Assembly: GCF_002113885.1 (NCBI RefSeq)
Contig: NW_018408349.1
Coordinates: 142,945 to 206,944, forward strand
Origin: Mizuhopecten yessoensis
Taxonomy: Eukaryota
DNA: 64,000 bases
Reading direction: 5' to 3'
Shown here piece after piece: positions 1 through 12,000 of this stretch. The notes below the pieces were generated by a model that saw nothing but the letters and a program-made list of their open reading frames with translations, was not told where the DNA came from and did no database searches. Position 1 is the stretch's first letter. Each line of letters begins with the position of its first letter. A program made the translations under genes and the position numbers.

Positions 1-705
1 TTTTGTTGACCTTTGTCCATGGAAGGTCCCTGCAAAATTTCATTGAAATTGGTTCAGGGGTTTTGGAGAAGAAGTCGAAAATGTAAATTGTTTACGGACG
101 GACGACGACGACGGACAAAAGGCGATCGCAATAGGTCACAGGTGACCTAAAAATATGGGTAGGGGAAACTTATGGGATACTCGACACTGTAATAGGTAAC
201 AAGAAACTGCCAATGGCGATACGGCCGGATTGCTATAGTACATGTTCATGTAAAGCATCACATGTGATAAGCATCCTTTAAGATACATAAGCCATGCAAG
301 TTTAGTTGACGTACAACAAGTAGTTACTTTAATAGTAACTACATGACCTTAACCAATCTTCTTAACCTGGTCACTGAAGCGGAAAATGTAGGTCAGAACC
401 AGCATACGAAGCATTGCATGTGATCAGCATCCTTAGATACATAAACCATGCAAGTTTAGTTGATGTAGGACAAGTAGTTACTTGGTAAGTGACCAAAACC
501 AATCTTCTTAACCATAGTGCAGATGGGGCCTGACCTCAACCAAACTTCTTAACCTGGTCACTGAAGCGAAAATGTAGGTCAGAAGCAGCATCCAAAGCAT
601 GCATATGTAATTATAAGCATCCTTCGATACACAAGCTATGCTAGTTTACTTGATGTGGGATAATGAATACCTTGGAAACTGAGCTTAACCATTCTTCTTA
701 ACCTA
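1..705. mobile_element. Helentron/HINE-like non-autonomous element end(s) with internal ~150-bp tandem repeats
   Basis: ggacggacgacgacgacggac microsatellite then caggtgacctaaaaa terminus (1-153); repeated aagcatcc..agatacata..ccatgcaagtttagttga units (250-700). Confidence 0.55.
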
Positions 706-1767
706 AATGCCTTTTTTTTTGCAATGCTTTTCTTTTGCTGTAAATACTGTTGTAGTTTATATAATCTTCTCTTTTTACGGCCAGAGGACCTGGTAGGTAG
801 GGGATTCCGGATCACCAGTACTTTGAGCTTCTAATTTTTATTGCAATGTAAAACTTTAGAAGATATCTATCAAATGTAAACTTCCTGTGTGAACCTCCAT
901 TCATGAATTTGATAAATCTCTTGCAAAAATTATCAACTATATACGACTTGTTGCCAAAATTTCATTAACGATTACTTCAAATTTTTTCAATGTATGAACA
1001 CTAAACACATGCTCACAAACGAAGCAGAATCCCTCAAAGGAGGAATAGTCCGAATTATTTAGACGTTTTATCGACTTTTTTATATCGGTCTGGCGTCGAT
1101 TAACCGACGCCAGACCGATATAAATAATTCGGACTAAGGAGGGATGACCCAAACCTGTTTACTATTTAAAACATGACTGGATTTATTCGACATCCCTAAT
1201 GTGGAAGCAGCAGGATCAAACATGGAGACTAAATGTCAGCAGAATGCATGCATGAGTATTCCTCCATATTGTTTATAATAAACTTAATATAAATAGGCCT
1301 ACATTCGAGTGTCTCAAGCTAAATCTTAACGGGACACGATATTATACACGTAATATTTGCTGTTTTAAGGATTTTTTTTAGTTTTTTTAAAGCTTTTCAT
1401 ACCAGGTATTTGTATATATAGAGATGCAAACGCAATGAGATAAATTCCAGATATGCCCCAGAGGAACACATCTCTTGTATAACTGATACCGCTCGTCATT
1501 TTAACACGGTTAAATTTCTTGCCAGTGTGGAAGTGCCTTGGAACACCCAGACAGGAAGTAAATGCGCGATATAGTTCTTCAATATACTATTTTATAACTA
1601 GGTTTCAATGTAAATATAATCATTAATATGTAGTTTATTCAAATTATTATTTTTTCGTGTTTTTTCGTGTTGATATCCTGTTAAAGTCAACCAGATTTCT
1701 GCTTTGTGTAGAGATACATAAGTATTCCAAATTTTTCGATTTGCATTTCGATGTTACCCTTCTTTCC

Positions 1768-1979
1768 ATTGGACGAGATTTACTAATTGGACTACTTTTT
1801 TTTTATAAACCTAGCCAATGGAAAGTCGTTTAGCATTTCTTGTCGTTTGTTTACAAAACGCGCGAGATTTGGACATGGGGATGGGAGATATCAAATTAAC
1901 TCTACTTGTTAAACAAGCACAATGTCTACTATCGCTACACGTCGTCCGTTTCTTGCATTGACAACTTAATCTGTGTACC
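1768..1979 (+). promoter_or_regulatory. Putative NCAPH2 promoter and non-coding first exon
   Basis: Three CCAAT/ATTGG boxes (1768, 1786, 1815), an E2F-like AAAACGCGCG (~1855) and a donor gtaagc at 1980. This layout is typical of cell-cycle gene promoters; no transcript evidence. Confidence 0.4.
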
Positions 1980-2107
1980 GTAAGCTCAAACGTGAACTTA
2001 TCATATCTTGTTCGTTAGTCGAGCACTGGAATAGGCCTAAGGAAGCCTAGTGTGTAATCAGCTGATCAAGTTACACTAACGGTACAGTATATTAAATCGA
2101 CTCAGTA

Positions 2108-2527
2108 CACTCTGCCGATTGAGCTATATAGCTATAAAGACCTATATAGCTATATACACCTATAAATTATAGCTGTGTTGAGCTATATTTTCTCATATTC
2201 CAAATTTCATTAAATTAAAGCAAAGTCGCATAAAACAATAAGGTTAATGGTAATGTTGACTACAAAAAGCATACAGTTAGATGTTTATTTTCATTTTTCA
2301 TAAATGCAAAATTTCCGATTTCTTTACATCATTTTTTTTTTTTTTTAAATACTTATATTTAATGTCTTTCGTTATCAACCTAATGATACAATCTTCTTTT
2401 AAATGCGACTTTGTTCCGTTTTCCTTAAAAAAGAAAATCATTTGAAAATAGCTCAAAAGACCTATTTCAGATAGGTCAATAGAGCTACTATAGGTCTTTA
2501 CAGCTATATAGCTCAATCGGCAGAGTG
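2108..2527. mobile_element. MITE with ~40-bp terminal inverted repeats (CACTCTGCCGATTGAGCTATATAGC...)
   Basis: Matching inverted ends, flanked by TA on both sides. Confidence 0.75.
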
Positions 2528-2934
2528 TACTGGACCTGTTAAAGGTACGGCACAATAACAGGTAAATAATATAATATTACGACTGAGTAGAATGCAATAT
2601 TACTTGTCTTATACCAGTAACACCTATTCTGTCCATTAAATTAATGGTTTTTTTTAGTGAAAATACAAATATGCAAACTAACCAGTCGGACTTTGCAATT
2701 TATGTAGCTTTGTTTTCATGGGAACTTTGGTTGTTCCTTGTGGACGGTTGATTTTTAAAAATTACTTTAAAAAGGTATATGTATATGTCAATGCATCACA
2801 GTATATATTCTTTAAAAAAATGCAATATAAAGATTTGAGCAACACCAAATAAAATGTCCTGGTACTATTCCAACCTACAAGTTAAATGTTTGAGAATGTA
2901 CTTATGATGAATATATTGTACTTCAGATTCAATC

Positions 2935-3069
2935 ATGGTTGTCCAACAATCTCAAACCCAGAACATTGATGCAATGGCAAAGTTTTGTTCTATGCTGCAA
3001 CCTATCCGAGACCTCACCAAGAACTGGGATGTAGATATTGCTGGCAACCTGGAGGATTACTTGGAAGAG
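2935..3069 (+). CDS. NCAPH2: NCAPH2 coding exon 1 (MVVQQ...[25 protein letters not shown])
   Basis: Acceptor cttcag ends 2926, ATG at 2935, donor gt at 3070; conserved kleisin N-terminal motif. Confidence 0.92.
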
Positions 3070-6000
3070 GTATTACTATGAGTGTTAGTAGGAAGATTGT
3101 ACTGTCTGTGTATGTAGTGTACCTGGTTAGTCTGTGTATGAAACAGACTGGCTTATACTGTATGGGAAAGGCGCATGCTGATTACAGAACACATACCCCA
3201 TCCCACACTTCCACCTTAGTTATATTTAGTGCTCCAATGATTATATAGCTCCATTGTAGTAGGACGAGGAAAAGTGATAAAGATAGTGCCGTCGCTGGGT
3301 CTCGAACCCGCGACCTTTGGCTCTCCAGTCTGATGCTCTTACCGCTGAGCTAATATAAATGGAAATTCCCTACAGCTGATGCTTGTAAAGCAACCTGATC
3401 AAGTTTCGCGGCTCAGTGAACATTGTTGTAAGCTAACTAGTAGCTTGTGGTGATGTATGATGGTCCTTTCTTCTAATGTATGCTGTACACACGTGTACTT
3501 ATTAGACTTCTGGTTGCTATATATATAGTTATTTACAGTTACAGGTTCATTTCTTTATCTGGTAGGGTTGGAGAATTCAGCTCCAACTGTTGATTCCTCT
3601 CCTTTTAAAATATGATGATTAAAATGTGTGATTTTTAAAAGCACGGTCAGTGCCAAACAGTCAATTTGTTACATTGTTCACTTTTGACTGGTTAGACTTG
3701 CAAATTATGTATATATGTAACTAATAAAAAGATGGCTTGAATTTTGTTAGGTGATTTTTCCAGTGGCTGTTGAGCCGTGACTTGAAGGTGTTGGCGTTGG
3801 AGAGATTACTACCTCCTCTGTTCCACAGATTTATCACTCTGTTGCTGTAGAAATTACCATATTTGTTTAGTCTGCATGGTCTTTTGAATAGTTTCCTGGA
3901 GTGCCCTCTGGTTCGGTTGTCTTCAGCTTCATGAAATAGTTTTCCCTTGTCAAGAATGTCCATGTTGTTTAGTATTTTGTAGGTTTGAATTACATCAGCT
4001 CGATGTCTTCTATATCGATGCACATCTTTACACCATTCCCCCCTTTTTTTCAAACACCAACCCAGGTTCTTTGACTCCCCGCCAAGGGTTCTCCTATCTT
4101 GAACAGGGAGAGCCAGTTTATAGTAGGACGAGGAATAGTGATAAAGATAGTGCCGTCACTGGGGCCCTTGGCTCTCCAGCAACATTTGTATGTCAAATAA
4201 AAGATTTTGTAGTATTTCCTTTGGCGAGACAGATTGATGGCCAAGATCTTTTTTAATTTCCTTGAATTCCAAGTAACTCAAATAAAAGTTAAGTCGCATT
4301 ATATATTTCAAAATAGATTTGAGTCTCAGCCAAACAAAATGAGTCCCAAAACTAAAAACAGAAACACCTGATTTATGAAATATTGTTGATGTTGCAACAA
4401 TACAAATAACAAACAAATGATTTTAACATTTATTGCATGTGCAGTACAATGAAGCTTTAGTTGTCAGTCTTGTTAAAACTCGTGTATTGATCTGTTACAG
4501 CTAGAACACATCACGGTGGCCTTTGATAGAGGACTCGTCACAATGAACTTTGCTGAGGCGGCCATGGTCATCCAGGGTTCTGCCTGTGTTTATAGTAAAA
4601 AAGTAAGTGATGACATCATAGGCCATAGTCATCCAGGGTTCTGCCTTTGTTTATTAGTAAAAAGGTAAGTGATGACATCATAGGCCATAGTCATCCAGGG
4701 TTCTGCCTTTGTTTATAGTAAAAAAGTAAGTGATGACATCATAGGCCATGTATGTATATCATGTTAACACAGGAGTGGACTTTAAAAAAAATTGGTTACT
4801 GGTCCAAAGGGCTATGACCAGTTAAAGTAAAAGTCCTGTTTGAAGTGCACTGGTCCTAAGATAACGAGGACTGCAGGCCTGAATGAGCACCAAAGGTACT
4901 CGATACTCTTCTGACCCCCCACCAGAAATTTTGAAATCTAGAAGCTCTGTGGTACATTCTTGGCTTAGAAAAAAGCTTTTCAAATCTGCTGAAATTTTAG
5001 ATAAATTTACAAAATATGTACTGGCCCAGCGGGATAGATTGTTGAAAAACCTATACTGGTCCACCCAGAATCCCAATGGCCATGGGCCAGTGGACCAGCG
5101 GCTAATTCCACCCCTATAGACAGCATATATTCAGTCTTTGACGGGTTTGTATATGGAGGTCAGGTTACATATTTGTAAATTACAATGGTGGAATTACCCT
5201 ATGTGCCACAAACCATAACAACCAATGTAATTTACACTATTTATATTGCACAGGTAAAATTTTAAGTGCAGGGGGGGGGGGGGGGGGGGGGGAATTCTTC
5301 TGAGATTATATTACCTAACATTCCAATCTTGGCTCATCATGCCCCAATAGAGATATAGTTACAGCATGTTATCCTTCTGTTGAGATAAATCATTATCGCT
5401 CACACATGACTTATAACATACCTGTAAATAGTCTATTCCAATGCTGTGTTCCTTAGAATGTTGCTTATTTTGAAAAACATGGAAATCTTTAATTGTAACA
5501 AATAAGTAATAAATTACTTACTAAACCATGTGTACTTTCAGGTGGAATATCTGTACACTTTGGTACACCAGGTTCTTGATCTACTAGCCAACAAAAAGTA
5601 AGTAGTGCTTATCTTGGGTTAGTGCTAACTGATTACTAATATGACAGCAATAGTTTTCCTGTCTGAGTTGTTTCTGTATCTGTGTATCTGAAATCATCTA
5701 TTTTTGAAGGTTCTTTTTTCCAAATTTTCTGCTTTAAATACTTGATCAAGCACAATGGGTGCCTAGGTAGCAGCTATCGTTCATTACTACTGTGTGTAAT
5801 CAAGCATGAGCTTAAGACCACTCAATGTCTCAGGAATTTAAGTTTTACCTCGAAGGTTGATGGATAAAAGAGTGACGTTTGATAGGGTTAGTTATTATTC
5901 TATCACTCTGATTGCACATTTACTTCCTCCAGGGTATCGATTTGTGATATTTGTGATATTTGTGTATCTACAGAAAACAGGCCAAAGCTTCCTCAGTTGA

Positions 6001-9000
6001 TGATGAAGGACACGATGAGGATGCACATTTTAATGACGGGACTGATGAGGTAATTATACTAAACTATGCTGTATAGATATATAGGTAACTACACTATTTG
6101 TATATAGAGTATTAACAATGGTTTTTCTAATAGATACAAGGAGTACCAATCATTTTTCACAAGTGCGAAAGACAGGTGAAAAATCAATAGCTTCTGCCAA
6201 GCAGGTAAAATATATACGGTTCTGTAGGAAAAAACAACTCAATTTTCTATTTATTACATTTTCTTGAAGTCAAACAACAGAAATATTGCTGCTTTAAAGA
6301 GAATTTGTAGCTTAATGTTTGAAGCGAAGTTCCAATAGCGTCATGCTTGACAAAAAGGTTGTGTTCCATTTTGAATGGTAGGATTTGCTTCTTAAATGGT
6401 ATCATTGATGTTTGTTTGTTTAATAACTTGTGTAAGTACCAGAGATTTATCACTTATTCCACCATGGCCTATTAACAACAGAACAGAAAATCTGTAAGTT
6501 TGAATGCAGTAAATATATAACACCGTTTTGATTGGTCAATATAAAATCAATACCAGACCATATAACATCTCTTTTATCTTCACTGCAGTGTAAGTTCTTA
6601 TCACATTGATAATTCTATTATGTAACTGGTAAACATGTTAATTATTATTATACTATAGATATAGATATTTGTTTACAGATACATCACTGTAGTGTATGCT
6701 TTGCTTTTGTCAGTTTCTTAGTCTGGATGACATCCAAGAACATACCAACATCTGGATCAAAGAGGATAGCTATGGATGTAAGGTAAAATATACATAATAA
6801 AGTATAACAATTTTCCTTTCATGGGGATTTGTTGAAGCTTCATGTACTATAATTTCCTTTTTCCAAAATATTTTTCTCATCTTCTATTTTCAAATAAATA
6901 TGTGACTAGAAACATGTCATCAGATTAATGTTTTTTATATGGCAATGAACACGACAAAAACCTGTGCTGAGCCAGGTAATTATTCAACATATAGATCATT
7001 ATACACCTGGGATAGACAACACATGTTTGGGACCAGGTAGGTCAGGAAGTAACAGTTGATGGAGCGGGTATCTTTAAAATGTATTCTCGGAGACCAGAAT
7101 AAAAATTGAAAAAAATATGTAGGTATTTGAACTGGAATAGCTCCATTATAGATTGTATAATTGTCTTTCCAGGTTGTTCAGCCAATGCCTCAGATGCCTT
7201 TGTGTCTGATTCCCCTTGAAGATGGGGAGAAGGGAGACAACCCACTCCTTAGGTAAATAGGTGATATATCTACCTTACTGTCAGATGTATCTTGCCCCCT
7301 GTTTTATAAAAAAAAAATGCAAGTACCATTTTGATCTGCATAGATAATAACACCACTCAGGTTATTATGTTATTACTGGGAATTGTGTGTTGCACATCAG
7401 ATCCTATGGTGAAGTGTATTGTCTCTGTTGTATAGATAGTGTCTGTACAGATCACCCATTAATGACCGGCTGTCCATCTAACATCTGACATGCATAAGAT
7501 TACACATGTTCAAACTAGTAGTTTTGAAGCATTAACAGACAATTGTTTCTTATCGCTGGATGTTCCTGGTGTTGACAGTAAAACAGGTGAAGTGCTGGGC
7601 AGTAGAAATGACTTCAGAATGAACACGAGTTCCGTGCACCAGTCTGGGATACTGCTACTCGATATGTACCACTACACGCTAATAGACAGGTCTATCAACA
7701 TGGCTACCTCATCACTCCAAGGTCAAGGTCATAGCCCAGGTAAACAAGCTTTAAGGTCAAGGTTGGATGTCGGGCAACATTGCTGCCACATCATGCTAAC
7801 GTTAAGGTTTTAGGTTCAGTATTAAAGCAAGTTACAAAGTCAACATTAGATGTGGATAATAAAAAACTTAACACAAGCTAATACGCCAAATGCGTCAATA
7901 CTTGACACTTTAGCGTTTTGAATGTGGTTCAAGGACGAAAATATATGCGTCCTCAAATAAATTTACCGAACTACTGAAATATTGTGTCCAGCCCGCTTAC
8001 TGTTCGAAGTGCGTTGAGAATAAGAAGGGACTTTCGGAATTTGAGTTAAGCGCTATTCTGATTGGCTAACATATATAGTCTGAGTCGCGCGCGCGTCATA
8101 ATCAATGTGAAGGTCGCACGAACCGCAAGTTGACAGATGCCTTGTTCCTCGCAGACCAGACTACCCATCGAATCGGGCATCAATGTCATCTCGGGCTAAA
8201 ATCACTCACTTTTTCAAATGGCAACAGAGAATGAATTAAACAGGCCTATCCGCCCTAATGTTACCAAAAGTGAGGATGGTGCGTCGGAAAATCCCCCGAA
8301 AAAAATCAAAACAACATGAAAAAAAATTGCAGTCTTACTCTTCAAATTTTTGTCAGCATAATAACATTTTATGATGACCTTAAGAATTTATATGACAAAA
8401 AGTATTTCTATAGTGTAAACCTATAGTCCAAAACAGAATGCATAGTCGTCGCACACGCCATGTTTTAAAAACGCTGACATTTGAGTTTTAATTACGTTTT
8501 CATGTGCTATTTGAACTTAAAAACTAATCATCTATAGACAAAAAATTGTGCATGGCTATCTATTCTAAGACTACATCATTGTTATAACTGATTTGTTGAC
8601 ACATTTATTTATTTGTATTTTTGCAAAAAGTTATTCAATTTGGGTAGGCCTACTGCTGCGCATTCTTTACATTGGAAAAACAAATAAAAATGTTCACGAC
8701 AAATTTATTTTGCTTGTTTAAATTTTGTTTTGCTTGTAACTTTCAAATCTACAAGCAAATTATTGCTTGTAGGTTCAAAAATTAAGTTCAAACCTTTTTA
8801 AGTTAGTAACAATTTCTCATTTTACCATGCTTACATAGTCACTATTTTGGAGGGAGACATTGTTTAATACTGGTTGTTTGTAGTTCTATTAACATCTTGT
8901 CTGGACTGTTAAGTTTTAAACCGTTGTAGATTATCTTGATTAATGACTTTCCACCCTTCGTAATACACATGTTTTTCTTGTCGTATTTTCGCGTCTTCAT

Positions 9001-12000
9001 TTCCGTATTGAGTATCGGGCTTTCCATTACCGTAGTGTAAATTATAGTAACACCGGGTAAACAATAGTACACGTGCGTGACGATGATATATCAACACCCG
9101 ATATAGAGACTTAACTTGGAAATGTGTAATCACACGTACTTCAGAAATAAAGGTTATGATACAAAGACATTAATTAACTCACGGGAAAACACTGACATAC
9201 GATCAGACGACTTCAAGAATGTCGTATATGAGGCGCATGGAATGCAGACTGATGTGTTTTGTTTACAGACCTCACCTGTACGTATCATGTGCTAACAGTA
9301 GTTCACAAGCTCTTGGTCGCTGACGACTTTTGTTGTCGAGCGAGTTACGCTCTGTCAGATAAATTGGTTCACAAATGCAATTACAATAACTCTGTGAAAA
9401 TAGTGGTTTGTAAAATATCAAGAACCCTATAAAATGCAAGTGCATGTGCGTGCACGTAATAACGGCATACCATGCGATAGCCTATGGTTACATATTTACC
9501 TGACATGTTGATATGTACCATGCGTAAGCAGGCTATGGAATGATGTCCAAAGTGTACATGATTGAGAGTAATTTTGTTCCATAAAAGAACAGTTAATTGA
9601 CAATTAAATATAGTAATTTAATTTCTTTCCATCATTTTTGGTATAGTAAAGAAAATAAGTGTCATTGTATAAATTCTATCCCTCTGCAAAAAGTTCTGTT
9701 TTTTTTCAAGGTAGACAACTCTCATCAGGATCAAAATTATTATAAAATGTAAAATAAATTAATTATAAAGACTTGGTGTGTATTTGGTTCAATTTTTCAG
9801 TCTTTTTGTATGAAACTATGTGTCCTGTTTGCTTTTAGCTTGTACTAAGTAACTGTTATCCATACAATTTCAATAAAAAAAAAAACGCTTTTTGTAACAT
9901 GTTGTAGATATTTTATGATAAATAAAATATTTGTAGGGTTGATTAGCAATGTTTCTTTTCATTATTTTATTGTTGCAATAGTTTTGAACAATGCCACACG
10001 CTCAAAAAATGTAAAAGTGTTGAATTTGACAAAAAACAATATTCCGGTATTTTTTACAAAAAAATCCCCAGTTTATCGGAATGCTTAGATTTTCATAATA
10101 TCTTCTCTACATAGTGACATAACCATTATGTGAAACTTTCATTGAATTCTACTGGCTAATTGCGAAAGGGTGGAGCCTCCTTAAAGTTGAAAGTAACTGC
10201 ATTGCACTGTAATTATGTCAATAGTGAACTCTACCCCAAGGTTAAAGGTCACAGAAGTCCTTAATCATCACTTTGGTATTTAATCCTGACTTGTCTCTCT
10301 GGATGGTGAATATGGACAGCATCTTCTTATATAATCTGTTATATTCTGAAACTCTGATCCTGTTCTGCAGTTACCCCACATGAGACAGACGTAGCTGAAG
10401 AACCACCCATGGCTGAAGACGTGCCCATGGATGATCCATCTGGGGGTTTGTTATCATTTCCTTGTCCCAAGTCGGACTTCCTTACCATTGAAGATAACTG
10501 AAATTTCATGATTTTACTTGACTAATGTTGCTTCTACTCGTAAAACAGCCTTCGACTGCCATCTGGTAGACATTGATAATGTAGCCTTCAGTCCAAGTCA
10601 TCACATGACTAGGGCATTATGGGAAATCCAAAGAGATGTTACCGAACAAGCTTGGTATAGCATCAGGCAGTGTTTGTCGTCCGTCTTCTTGATGAAATTT
10701 TTTACACACATGCATAACAACATACTTCAGAAACATAATCATTCAAATTGTATAAATTCACAATAGCTTCAAATTATTTTAGATATTAGTAAACTATTAA
10801 TATTTGACTAATAATTCTACGATTGAGTGATTGTACATTTAATATAAAATTCACTTCTACCCAGATGATAACAATGAGCATATGTTTGATGTGCCGAATG
10901 ACGAAGTGGACGGAGCCCCACCAAAAAGTGATGTCCCTCCGGTACAAACAGAAACACTGGTAATAACCGTCAGCTTGCCATCAATTATGAAAGGACAATG
11001 TCAAGCTAAGTTGTATGAAGTTTTAAAAAAAGTTAACGCAAGATGCAGTTATTATTGGCAAGATTTTCAATCCAACAGAGAAAGAACAGATCAAACTAAC
11101 ATATAGCTAATGAAGATCTCTACAATGGATGGTGCCTCTGGTGGGATCTCTTGTTGTATTGAAGCTAGATACAAATAACTCGTGAATTGTTTTAAAGGAA
11201 AATCTACATTACAATTTTAGCCCAACATTCTGTATGCTATGATTTATATGTAATTTTGTCTATTAGAAAGCAGAATCTGAAGAGTTACGGAGATCAGAAA
11301 GACGAGCAAAGACAGTGCGGATTGTACCACCTAAACCGGTATGTATTTGTAATTGAGAAATCATACATGTAGTGTATAGCAAGCCATAAAATTTCAAAAT
11401 ATGAAGGAAAACTCAAGATTTAAATTGAAAAATCTGGATATTTCAATATGCAATCAAACTTCCTAAAATTTGTGATAAGCTCCAATAATAATTACCCAAT
11501 ATTTCATTCATTTATTTTTATTATTTTGTGAAATGACATTTTTTTTAGATGAGCTTGCAAACTTCGAGAAACTGAAATGAAGTGAACTCTTTTAAATGTG
11601 TCCTTATTTAGAGCTCAGAACTGTATAGAAGTAGATATATATAAATATTTGATATTAAAATTTACGTCATCTTACTAATATACATTCAGCTGAGACATCA
11701 TTTATTGTTTCAACACTATTTTACATATATTTAACAGAAGGTGGATCACTGGGACCTACTAGATCAACATGAGGCCCTCGCACAAACAGAAAAGGCTTTT
11801 AAGAAAAGTAGGTCAACTTCAACTCCTATCAATTGACCTTGTTATTTCCAAGTCCAGCATTCTAGAACCTTTGTTTTTAGGATGATAATATTAAGGAATC
11901 CCTTTCCTTTTTGTGAAATTGTATGTGTCAAAAATTTAGAAAATATTTTTTTCTGGTTATGATAATTGGAACAAGTTTTCTATTGAATAAGTGTTGCCCT

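Noticed and set aside
710-830. - strand peptide EAQSTGDPESLPTRSSGRKKRRLYKLQQYLQQKK as an exon of a divergent gene
   Set aside because: No GT donor or other exons found and no family recognised; cannot be supported without a database search.
3285-3355. Functional tRNA gene
   Set aside because: A and B boxes are present but I could not form a proper acceptor stem, and it is part of a repeated TE terminus.
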